From assembly GCF_057098645.1 (NCBI RefSeq), contig NZ_CM169472.1: DNA of 64,000 nucleotides; one strand, given 5' to 3'. Both the position numbers and the translations under genes were made by a program. Position 1 is the first letter of the stretch; every line of letters starts with the position of its first letter. Shown here piece after piece: positions 35,988 through 45,574 of this stretch. A model generated the notes under the pieces. That model was not told where the DNA came from. It did no database searches and saw only the letters and a program-made list of their open reading frames with translations.

Positions 35988-36896
35988 ATGGCGAACTGGG
36001 CGCAAAAATTAAAACTACATCACCTTGAAATGCTGGTGGCGTTGGGTGAACAGGGCAATCTGACCCATGTCGCACGAATGATGAATATCACCCAACCTGC
36101 GCTTTCGAAATGGTTGTCACAACTCGAAGATGAGATTGGAATCACACTTTTTGAGCGGCACAGCAAAGGATTACGTCCGACTGAAGGCGGCAAATTGTTA
36201 TTGCAACATGCCCAACGGTTAATCAATGACATGGAGCGATCGCAACATGAACTGGCCCGTTTTAAACAAGGTGGACTGGTCGGCAGTCTGAAAATTGGCT
36301 GTTCTCCCGTCGCCACTGACTGCGTATCCCAGGCGATTTTGCATTTGCTTACGAAGATGCCAACTCTACACCTGAATATCGAAGAGAAGGTGATGACCCC
36401 ATTGCTGCAAGATCTGTTGGCAGGTTCTGTCGACGTGGTCGTTGGGCGAATTGGCGGTCGCGCCTTGCAACTGCCACTGAATTATCAGGTGCTGTACACC
36501 GAGCCAGTATGCTTTGTCGCCAGCCCTGAGCACCCACTGGCGAAATACGCCACCCTCAGTTGGAATGATCTTGCCAACTGGCGCTGGATCGTCTGGCCGA
36601 CGGGTACCCCCATTCGCATTAGTATTGATAATGCGCTGGTAGACCACGGCGTAATGCTGCCAGAAAACACGATTGAGTCGGCGTCGATGAACGTCAGTAC
36701 CAACCTGTTACAAAGCAGCGATATGATCTCTATTTTGTCATTACGCCTGGCGCAACGTTATGCCAGCCAGGGACAACTGGTGATACTCAACCTGCCAAAG
36801 ATAGAACAGAAAGGCAGCGTCGGTGTGTTCTGGCGCAATAACGAAACGCCTTCTTATGCTTTAAGTCAGTTTCTGCACTTTTTACAGCAGAATTAG
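35988..36896 (+). CDS. LysR-family transcriptional regulator (MhbR-like)
   Basis: 302 aa; N-terminal HTH (...LTHVARMMNITQPALSKWLSQLEDEIG...); divergent from the catabolic operon. Confidence 0.8.
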   Translation: MANWAQKLKLHHLEMLVALGEQGNLTHVARMMNITQPALSKWLSQLEDEIGITLFERHSKGLRPTEGGKLLLQHAQRLINDMERSQHELARFKQGGLVGSLKIGCSPVATDCVSQAILHLLTKMPTLHLNIEEKVMTPLLQDLLAGSVDVVVGRIGGRALQLPLNYQVLYTEPVCFVASPEHPLAKYATLSWNDLANWRWIVWPTGTPIRISIDNALVDHGVMLPENTIESASMNVSTNLLQSSDMISILSLRLAQRYASQGQLVILNLPKIEQKGSVGVFWRNNETPSYALSQFLHFLQQN

Positions 36897-37205
36897 TGTG
36901 CTGAACTGGGCATTCGCACGATGTTACTTCCCTGTAATTCAACGATGCGTAATTTTTCGGGGAATCGTGCACTGTGATAAGGCGTGATCTTTCATGGGGT
37001 GAAAATCCCACCAGGTGACTGTCGTTCCAGCCGGTAGCAGTCAAAGCAGTCGTGTGGGTAACAAAGCGGCTGATGTATTTGATGAAGAAGCTGTAGGTGT
37101 TTCAGTGAGTATACAGGTCATAATGTGAGTGAATCTGAGCAGGCCTCGAAAGAACCAATTGGAAGGACAACCCATTAGGAATTCCCAGAAAACAAGACAG
37201 GCATA

Positions 37206-37905
37206 GTGAGATGTGATCTAATTGATTGTGCTAGCAATTTCAAGGATATCACCACTATGCCTGCACGTTCATTATGCCAAAAATTCCTTAAAAACATACT
37301 GGCCACTTTGCATTTCTACCATCAAAAATCACTGATTGACGCAACAAATGCTGTAATAAATGGCGCTTCCCTCACGCTTAGCAGCATCGGGCGTCATTTA
37401 ACCAGACAGCATTAGTTAAAAACAAGATAAAGCGGGTGGATTGACCGTTGGGGAATTCTCAACTGAAAAATGATCTTCCCACCATTTTTCAGTTGGTTAC
37501 TCAAAAAAATACGCTGAGAATGTTCGTGTTGTTGTACGCCTTCGCCAGCAGTGGCAGGATGTTCAGGAGGAGTGTCGGCAGGCAGAGGTCGGATCAGGAG
37601 AGCGGCTGCGTAATGCCCTGCTGAATGTGGATTATACCACCAGTTTTGAACTGCCTTTTCGTCTGCTTTTAACCCGCACGTCACAGCTGATTGCTGTGCT
37701 TTGGGAAGAATGGGATATCAGCCAGAAAAATGTGGTGTTTAACGATAAACGCTTTGGTTGCGTGTATAGCCTGAAGGCCAGTCTTTCCGGCGTGCGGATA
37801 CATTCCGGTATCATCTGTCTCACCGTATTCGCCGGATGGTTGGGAATGAAATACATCATCGCCTTGGCAGCAGATTGCCCGGAAAGTGAAAGCGCTCCGT
37901 GAATG
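37206..37905 (+). pseudogene. IS4-family (IS10-like) transposase remnant, frameshifted and 3'-truncated
   Basis: Fragments ...SLTLSSIGRHLTRQH*, ...VKNKIKRVD*, ...IAVLWEEWDISQKN... in different frames resemble the IS10 transposase N-terminal region (TLTLTELGRNLPTKA..., NIKRIDRLLGN..., IVLVDWSDIREQKR as I recall it). Confidence 0.45.
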
Positions 37906-38082
37906 ACTTAAGTATGCGCTAGAGGAGGGATTACTGGTGACCGCACTGGACGGTCTGTTCTGGTCTGGTAGTCAGCGTATTGCGGAAGATATTCTGTGTC
38001 GTTACGGGGAAGTCATCTTCACAGGGATCTTCAGTCAGTTAGTATTACCGACATTCATTCACCAACTTACCGGAGATAATCG

Positions 38083-38412
38083 ATGTCAAAACCCCGATGG
38101 ACCATTGAACAGAAAAGGCAGCACGTTGCTGCCTGGCGCGCCAGTGGTCTTACACGTCAGCAATACTGTGAACTCAACGATATTCCCTTCACATCACTTC
38201 GCGAATGGCCGCAGGATGTCGCAAAAGCTGAACGCCGGGCAAATGAACCGACCGTTCTTCCCGTTCATATTGCGCCACCACTGCATGCTGATGTACCACA
38301 GCCCGTCACGAATGAGCCAGTCACGCTCTTCCTTCCCGGCGGAGTACGGATGTGCTGTCAGCCGTCACAACTTACCGATGTCTTCAGGGCGCTCAAATAT
38401 GCTCAGTCCTGA
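38083..38412 (+). CDS. IS66-family accessory protein TnpA (Orf1)
   Basis: 109 aa MSKPRWTIEQKRQHVAAWRASGLTRQQYCELNDIPFTSLREW... Confidence 0.75.
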   Translation: MSKPRWTIEQKRQHVAAWRASGLTRQQYCELNDIPFTSLREWPQDVAKAERRANEPTVLPVHIAPPLHADVPQPVTNEPVTLFLPGGVRMCCQPSQLTDVFRALKYAQS

Positions 38413-38791
38413 TAATGTCTTCATCGCGATTAAACCTGTTGACATGCGCCGGGGCATCGACACACTGACGCAGTATATACAGGATGAACTCCGGTCGACA
38501 TGGCATGAGGGAGCCGCCTTCGTCTTTGTTAACAAAGACCGTTCGCGTATCAAAGTTCTCCGGTGGGATAAACACGGGGTGTGGTTGTGTACCCGCCGTC
38601 TTCACAAAGGCAGCTTCCGCTGGCCACGTGCAAATGATGCTGCCTGGCACCTCACTCCCGACGAGTTTAACTGGCTGATTGCCGGTGTTGACTGGCAGCA
38701 GGTTAAGGGACATGGCCTGACGAAATGGGTCTGGCAAAATGAACCTGAACTGCGCCCTGAAAACACGCAAAACACACTGCTAACTCACTGA
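38399..38791 (+). CDS. IS66-family TnpB (IS66 Orf2-like)
   Basis: About 130 aa ...FIAIKPVDMRRGIDTLTQYIQDELRSTWHEGAAFVFVNKDRSRIKVLRWDKHGVWLCTRRLHKGSFRWP...; start overlaps the TnpA stop. Confidence 0.75.
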   Translation: MLSPDNVFIAIKPVDMRRGIDTLTQYIQDELRSTWHEGAAFVFVNKDRSRIKVLRWDKHGVWLCTRRLHKGSFRWPRANDAAWHLTPDEFNWLIAGVDWQQVKGHGLTKWVWQNEPELRPENTQNTLLTH

Positions 38792-38797
38792 AAAATA

Positions 38798-39830
38798 ATG
38801 AATATTCGTATCCGGAGTGGTATGCTCCCCTGTATGGATATCTCCGCTCTCAACACCACGAATGACATCGAAAAACTGCGTGCTATGGCACTTGCCATGG
38901 TACAAAAAGTCATGTCGGAGAATGCCGAAAAAGAGCGGGAATTACTGGAGAAAAGCCGGCGCATCCAGCTTCTGGAAGAAATGCTGAAACTGGTTCGTCA
39001 ACAGCGCTTCGGTAAAAAATGTGAAACGCTGGCTGGTATGCAACGCTCCCTGTTCGAAGAGGATGTTGATGTCGATATCGCCGAGCTCACCGCACATCTG
39101 GATAAACTGCTCCCGCAATCCCCTGAAGAAGACGAAAAAGCGTCCCGTTCACGCCCGATACGCAAACCCTTACCGGCTCATCTTCCACGGGTGGAAAAAA
39201 TTATCCAGCCGGACACTGACCATTGCCCTGAATGTGACGAGCCGCTGCACTATATCCGTGATGCGGTGAGTGAAAAGCTGGAGTATATTCCCGCTCACTT
39301 TGTGGTGAACTGTTATGTCCGTCCGCAATACAGTTGTCCCTGTTGCCAGAAGGTGTTCAGCGGTGAAATGCCGGCACATATCCTCCCGAAAAGTGCCGTT
39401 GAGCCATCAGTCATCGCACAGGTGATCATCAATAAATACGGTGAGCACCTGCCTCTGTATCGCCAGCAACAGGTCTTTGCCCGTTCAGATGTCGGACTGC
39501 CCGTCAGTTCGATGGCTGACATGGTTGGCGCGGCAGGGGCCGCATTATCCCCCCTCGCGGCGTTACTCCATCGCGAATTGATAAGCCGTCCGGTGGTGCA
39601 TGCAGATGAGACTACCCTGAAGATCCTGAACACGAAGAAAGGCGGTAAATCCTGCTCCGGTTATCTGTGGGCATACGTCAGTGGAGAAAGGACGGGACCG
39701 TCAGTTGTGTGCTTCGACTGCCGGACCGGACGTAGCCATGAGTATCCTGAAAACTGGCTTCAGGGCTGGGGCGGGACGCTGGTTGTCGACGGACATAAAG
39801 CTTACCGGACTCTGGCAAACAAAGTGCCGG
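38798..39830 (+). pseudogene. IS66-family transposase TnpC, N-terminal about 340 aa only (zinc finger + first two DDE motifs), 3' end replaced
   Basis: RFGKK, PLPAHLPR, CPECDEPL...CPCCQK, HLPLYRQ, VHADETT, GYLWAYV and VVDGHKAY motifs in IS66 order; similarity ends near aa 340; the conserved C-terminal GRKNW region is absent. Confidence 0.7.
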
Positions 39831-40441
39831 AGCTGGCGAATATCATCGGTCATCACGCGGGTATTGATGACAATACAGCGGCAAAAGCCATTGCCCATGC
39901 CATTCTCGGTGGTGTGACAGCAGCCCTTCAGGGCAACAGTGCGGCAGCAGGCGCAATTGGTGCGGGTACTGGTGAAGTGATCTCGTCAGCCATTGCGAAA
40001 AGCCTCTACCCGGACGTAGATCCGTCGAAACTGACAGAAGATCAGAAGCAAACCGTAAGCACGCTGGCAACGCTGTCAGCGGGTATGGCTGGCGGCATTG
40101 CCAGTGGCGATGTGGCTGGCACAGCTGCAGGGGCTGGTGTTGGGAAGAACATTGCTGAGAATAACTTGGTTGGTGGCACAGAGTCCGAGCAGAGCAAAGC
40201 TGCTCAGACGCATGGCGCAGATGTACTTTCCTGTAACGATGCTCCAGGCGGTGAAGCCTGTAAGCGAGGAGAAGCAGTCAATAAAGCGTATGCCGGAGCG
40301 TTGGCCACTGGTAGTGTAGCTCTCTTACCTGGCGGTGCTCAGGCCATGTGGGCTCTTGGCACAGGTGCAAATGCAGGAATTGGTTACATGGTAGATAGTT
40401 CAGTTGATCCTGAAAATGCAATCATTGCAGGATGGGTCTGA
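39831..40441 (+). other. Polymorphic-toxin-like fragment in frame with the truncated tnpC: Gly/Ala-rich pretoxin region with ENN motif (KNIAENN) plus about 90 aa glycine-zipper-like C-terminal piece; stop supplied by the IS629 terminal TGA
   Basis: ...SLYPDVDPSKLTEDQKQTVSTLATLSAGMAGGIASGDVAGTAAGAGVGKNIAENNLVGG... resembles CdiA pretoxin (PT-VENN) regions; the ORF ends exactly at the IS629 boundary (40439-40441). Confidence 0.45.
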
Positions 40442-40480
40442 ACCGCCCCGGGTTTCCTGGAGAGTGTTTTATCTGTGAAC

Positions 40481-41371
40481 TCAGGCTGCCAGATCATCGT
40501 TTCCGATGGAAGCATAATAAGCTTTTTCTGCTTCTGCCGGAGGAGTATGGCCCAGCCTTTCCAGCAATCGTCGATTGTTATACCAGTCCACCCACGTGAG
40601 TGTGGCCAGTTCCACTTCTGCACGGTTTTTCCAGCTCTTACGGTGTATTACCTCCGCTTTGTAAAGACCATTGATGCTCTCCGCCATCGCGTTGTCATAC
40701 GAGTCGCCTGTACTTCCTGTTGATGCCAGTAATCCGGCTTCCTTAAGCCGCTGTGTGTAGGCCAGCGATACATACTGAGAACCTTTATCACTGTGATGGA
40801 CCGTGCCGGACGGTCGACGGGCCCATAACGCCTGCTCCAGTGCATCCAGCACGAATGTCGTCTCCATGGACGATGAGACCCGCCACCCCACAATGTATCC
40901 GGCAAACACATCAATGATGAACGCCACATAGACGAAGCCCTGCCATGTGCTGACGTAAGTAAAATCAGCCACCCACAGCTGGTCAGGTCGTTCTGCCACG
41001 AACTGACGGTTTACGCGGTCGCCTGCGGCAACGGCTTTCCGGCTGATGGTCGTACGGACCTTTTTACCCCGGAGAACACCGGCAAGTCCCATAACCGCCA
41101 TGAGACGTGCCACAGTGCATCTGGCCACTCTGATACCTTCCCGTAACAACTGACGCCAGACTTTACGCACACCGTATACCTTGTGATTTTCATCGTATAC
41201 GCGCTGTATCTCTTTCTTCAGCCAGTCATCGCGCTGCGCACGGGCACTGCGTTTATCCGGATGATGTCGCTGTTGCTGACAGTGGTAATACGTTGACGGG
41301 GCAATATGCAGTTCGCTGCATAGCGGTCCGACCCCGTACTGCTCACGCAGCTTATCCAGCAGTGGCATCAT
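40481..41371 (-). CDS. IS629 OrfB
   Basis: Identical 296 aa translation to 18174-19064. Confidence 0.9.
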   Translation of the reverse strand: MMPLLDKLREQYGVGPLCSELHIAPSTYYHCQQQRHHPDKRSARAQRDDWLKKEIQRVYDENHKVYGVRKVWRQLLREGIRVARCTVARLMAVMGLAGVLRGKKVRTTISRKAVAAGDRVNRQFVAERPDQLWVADFTYVSTWQGFVYVAFIIDVFAGYIVGWRVSSSMETTFVLDALEQALWARRPSGTVHHSDKGSQYVSLAYTQRLKEAGLLASTGSTGDSYDNAMAESINGLYKAEVIHRKSWKNRAEVELATLTWVDWYNNRRLLERLGHTPPAEAEKAYYASIGNDDLAA

Positions 41372-41694
41372 TTTTTCCAGAGGCGGTCGAACTCCGCCTT
41401 CGCAAAATAAGCGGAAGCCTGGCGAAGGATATCGTTACTGCGGCGCAGTTCACGATTTTCACGCTCCAGCTCTTTCAGACGCTGACGTTCAGCGGTGGTG
41501 AGCCCTCCATCACCGCCCCCGGTATCCCGCTCATGCTGGCGAACCCAGACACGCAGAGTCTCCGGCGTACAGCCAATCTTTGGAGCAATGGAACAAATTG
41601 TCGCCCATTGTGAGTCATATTCGCCCTGACTTTCCAGAACCATACGGACTGCCCGTTGACGGACTTCAGGGGAAAAACGAGTATTTTTAGTCAT
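41368..41694 (-). CDS. IS629 OrfA
   Basis: Identical 108 aa translation to 17851-18177. Confidence 0.9.
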   Translation of the reverse strand: MTKNTRFSPEVRQRAVRMVLESQGEYDSQWATICSIAPKIGCTPETLRVWVRQHERDTGGGDGGLTTAERQRLKELERENRELRRSNDILRQASAYFAKAEFDRLWKK

Positions 41695-41745
41695 CCTGTT
41701 TACCTCTTTCTCAGGAAGTTTAGTCTCCAGGATTCCCGGGGCGGT

Positions 41746-42156
41746 TCAATCAGTGTTTACTTCCCTGGCCTCGCTACCATTGGTATAGCTACTACAGTCT
41801 TCATCACTGCCACGCTCATTCTCACAGACATGTTTCTCGACCTTTCCAAGATATCTGACGCCTTTTCGCGGAATGGTTTTAATTAGAGAACTCGACAAAC
41901 CAGCGATGTCTAATGCCTTTCTAAGCATGTAAATCTGCCCATAATAACTGCTGTCGCTTACCGAACCTTTCTGCTCCCGCCAAACCTCATTGATAATATG
42001 TTGCTTATCGGATTCTCCCTGTAGTAAAAGGAGTAAAAATCGATAGCCGTTTTCAGACAGATTAATTACATTGCCTGTACTGGTGGTGATACGTCGAGAC
42101 GCTGGGTAAAACTTAACTCCCTGCCCTAAAGAAAAATAAAAACGGTCATCGCTCAT
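41746..42156 (-). pseudogene. ToxR/CadC-like winged-helix (OmpR/PhoB-type) transcriptional regulator, N-terminal 136 aa; 3' end truncated by IS629
   Basis: ...NGYRFLLLLLQGESDKQHIINEVWREQKGSVSDSSYYGQIYMLRKALD...IKTIPRKGVRYLG... winged-helix pattern; the stop codon is the IS629 terminal TGA. Confidence 0.55.
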
Positions 42157-43500
42157 AAGTACCGAACCCTGTTTTCTTCTTCACATGACTACTCATTACA
42201 ACTTTGTATGAAGTAAGATGCAAAATCATATTGTTTACATTAAGTTAAGCAATTATACCGTTTAAACAAAGACAATACGTCTCTTTATTTCTCATAAAAC
42301 CCCAATCCCTTACAGGGCTTATTGAAAATTTAAAAATCACAAATTTCTCAATACTAAAAATGAGATCACATAAGAAATCAAAAAACCTTCTCATCTATTT
42401 TAAGTTTTCCCAACGTAAAATAAGAGCTTTTATTAATAACTGAACCACTTTACTGTTCTATTTGTTCAGGTATTGTATTACGGTGTGCTGAGATCCATAG
42501 GTGCATCCCTGTATCCCGCGATGAGACTAAAATAGTCGTGATTTAAGCTCGTATCAGATTCTTAGTGAATACCACATTTGTTATAATTAAGTGAAAAGAT
42601 ACATTGCTGATTTACATTTTTTGGTTTACAAAATGTCATCACTTACAGAGTTATCGCTGACATATACCTTTAATCTCTTAATCCTTTCGTGTTATTGCAA
42701 TACAACCATCCATAAAGCAGGCTATTTTTAGCAGGAAATACTCAGGTGTCAACATTCGAACCCCAACCCTGAAATATTCATATAAATTAATGATTTTTTC
42801 ATTTATTCACACCTAATCAAAGTATTCAAATTCAGATGATTTTTCTGCTCAACAGACACAAACAGGCAATAATACTCTCCAAAGCGAACAATATTTGGCA
42901 TTACGATTTAATGCTTCATAATCACCAAATCATTTAACTATAAATTTTCTTATTTTTAACGAAATGGTTGGTGTTTTTTTGGAATTAAAAACATACATAA
43001 TATTAACATCTACCGACATTTCACTTTCCGAAAGACGAATGATTTCGAATCCTCATCTACGTTCTCCCATCCCAAATATCTTTATTAATAGGCAGTACGA
43101 ACACTGTTATAGCAAGATTACCTTATTAACCTAATGGAATCCTTTATGTAACAAGTGAAAATAAATTCCTTAAAATTGATTCTCAGCAAATCTTAAAAGT
43201 TCTCATTATTCTGCAAAATCAGCTTTGCGAATAATCTTATGTTTTTGGGAATTTTGATCTGCTCATTGCTCTCGTGAAAAATACAAACAAGAGAAAAAAC
43301 GCCATTCGTCATGAAAAGAACAGACGTAGCAATGTAATAACATACTAAAATTGATCTCATGAAAGTGGGTGCTTTATAACCAGCACAGAAGCTCAGACGT
43401 ATAAATATTAAACAATTTGCATTGTAAAACGGAGACTATGTATTAAGAAGCCAATCGTAAAAACGGTTCCCTGGCGAGATAAACGACAAACAAATGGAAA

Positions 43501-43527
43501 GCCGGATGATATTTACCTTCATCCGGC
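43501..43527 (-). terminator. Hairpin downstream of glcA (terminator candidate)
   Basis: gccggatga...tcatccggc inverted repeat immediately 3' of the glcA stop; weak T-tract. Confidence 0.35.
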
Positions 43528-43536
43528 ATTATTGAC

Positions 43537-45219
43537 TTACGAAACTAACATCCCGGTAAACACATACGCCTGCAACAGCGTGATAATGCCGATAACGCTG
43601 GCAAAAATCAGACTGTGCTTCACGGTGTAGCGGAACAGTTCAGATTCTCGGCCCACCATGCCCGTCGCGGCGCAGGCCACGGCGATAGATTGCGGGGAGA
43701 TCATCTTGCCAGTTACGCCGCCGCTGGTATTTGCTGCCACCAGCAGAGTGTCAGAGACGTTGATTTGCTGCGCCGTGGTCGATTGCAGTGAACCAAACAG
43801 GGCGTTTGAAGAAGTGTCCGAGCCGGTAAGGAATACCCCCAGCCAGCCGAGGAACGGTGAGAAGAACGGGAACATCACGCCTGTACCTGCCAGTACCAGC
43901 GCCAGCGTGGTGGACATGCCGGAATAGTTGGTGACGAAGGCGAACGCCAGCACCATGCCAATCGACAATATCGGCCACTTCAGACTAATTAGCGTTTCGG
44001 CAAAGACGCCAATCCCTTTCTTGATGCCCACGCCGAGGATGAAGATAGAGATAATCGCCGCAATAAAAATAGCGGTGCCGCCAGCCGAGAGGGGGTCGAA
44101 TTTAAACACCGCATCCATTGGCGTTGGTTGGGCGACAATGGGTGCCGCTTTCAACACTTGTTGATGCAAATGAGGGATCTGGAAATTAATCACCAGTGAA
44201 TAAAACACGCCGCCCGGAGCAAATAACGCTTTAAACGGCTTCATGGTCCAGATGGTGACCAGCACCGTTAAGATTAAAAACGGTGACCACGCTCGAATGA
44301 TTTGCCCCAGACTATATTCTGAAGGCACTGGACCGCCAGAAGATGGCTTATTTACCACCATCGCACCTGCGGATTGTCCCATGCTGATTGCCGTTTCGGT
44401 ATTTTTCGGCCGCCAGACTTTAAGGAATAAAGCGAGTGAGACGATACTCACCAGCGCCGAAGTAATATCCGGCAGTTCCGGACCAATATAGTTAGAGGTA
44501 AAGAACTGAGTGACAGCGAAGCTTCCCCCTGCAGCCAGCGCCGCTGGCCACGTCTCTTTCACCCCTTTCCAGCCGTCCATCATTGCTACCAGCCAGAACG
44601 GCACAAGAACCGACAGGAACGGTAACTGACGTCCTGCCATAGCACCAATGTGGAACGGATCGATTCCCGTTACCTGACCGGCGACCAGAATCGGCACGCC
44701 CAACGCACCAAACGCCACCGGCGCAGTATTGGCAATCAGACACAGCCCCGCCGCGTATAACGGTTTGAAGCCCAGGCCCACCAGCAGCGCACCAGTAATC
44801 GCCACCGGGGCACCAAAGCCAGCCGCCCCTTCCAGCAGCGCGCCAAAGGAGAAACCAATCAGTAACACCTGCAAACGCTGATCGTCAGTGATGGAGATAA
44901 CCGAGCTGCGGATAATATCGAACTGCCCGCTGGCAACGGTTAATTTATAGAGGAACACCGCCGCGACAATAATCCACGCTATTGGCCATAATCCATAAAT
45001 AAAGCCATAGCCCGCAGCAGAAAATGCCATATCAATCGGCATTTTAAAGACGAATATCGCAATCAGGAGAGATAATATAAGGGTTATTGCTCCGGCAACA
45101 TGTCCTTTCAGACGTAATACCGCGAGTGCAACGAAGAAGAATATTATCGGGATCAGGGCGACCAGAGCGGATAGCCCCAGTCCTCCCATCGGCATATACA
45201 TTTGGGTCCAGGTAACCAT
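43537..45219 (-). CDS. glcA: Glycolate/lactate permease GlcA
   Basis: 560 aa LctP-family permease; position downstream of glcB. Confidence 0.9.
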   Translation of the reverse strand: MVTWTQMYMPMGGLGLSALVALIPIIFFFVALAVLRLKGHVAGAITLILSLLIAIFVFKMPIDMAFSAAGYGFIYGLWPIAWIIVAAVFLYKLTVASGQFDIIRSSVISITDDQRLQVLLIGFSFGALLEGAAGFGAPVAITGALLVGLGFKPLYAAGLCLIANTAPVAFGALGVPILVAGQVTGIDPFHIGAMAGRQLPFLSVLVPFWLVAMMDGWKGVKETWPAALAAGGSFAVTQFFTSNYIGPELPDITSALVSIVSLALFLKVWRPKNTETAISMGQSAGAMVVNKPSSGGPVPSEYSLGQIIRAWSPFLILTVLVTIWTMKPFKALFAPGGVFYSLVINFQIPHLHQQVLKAAPIVAQPTPMDAVFKFDPLSAGGTAIFIAAIISIFILGVGIKKGIGVFAETLISLKWPILSIGMVLAFAFVTNYSGMSTTLALVLAGTGVMFPFFSPFLGWLGVFLTGSDTSSNALFGSLQSTTAQQINVSDTLLVAANTSGGVTGKMISPQSIAVACAATGMVGRESELFRYTVKHSLIFASVIGIITLLQAYVFTGMLVS

Positions 45220-45574
45220 ATTGTTCAGTCTCTTATTATCTTTATATGCTTGATATACTTAAGGTTGTAATAAGCAAAAGAGGACTGAACTGTAAAATAT
45301 AGGCGTTATACTTTACAGCAACAGTACGCCGCTAACGCAATTGCTACCTCTGGCATAACAAGTATATCGGGTAAGGGTTTCTGTTCCGCACACGCAGGCG
45401 CAGAGTATCGTTAAGATATCCATATTGTTGTTTTAGGCCCGCTAGTAATGCGCTACGGGTATTTAATATTGTTAAACCCTGATAATCGCTCCGGTTATTT
45501 CCGGGATAAATGTACTACCGCAGTTACTATCATAGCCCCGACAATAAAACTTGCCGGGGCTTTTTTTGACGCTA

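Larger units (their letters stand above)
40439..41748 (-). mobile_element. IS629 (IS3 family), copy 2, 1310 bp, inverted relative to copy 1
   Basis: Encodes proteins identical to copy 1 (OrfA 41368-41694, OrfB 40481-41371); terminal tgaaccgccccggg at both ends. Confidence 0.9.

Noticed and set aside
39831-40441. Possibility that the C-terminal 200 aa of the 547 aa ORF is a genuine IS66 TnpC C-terminus
   Set aside because: The conserved GRKNW-type C-terminal motif I expect in IS66 transposases is absent and the composition is Gly/Ala-rich; kept as uncertain and flagged for HMM verification rather than called TnpC.
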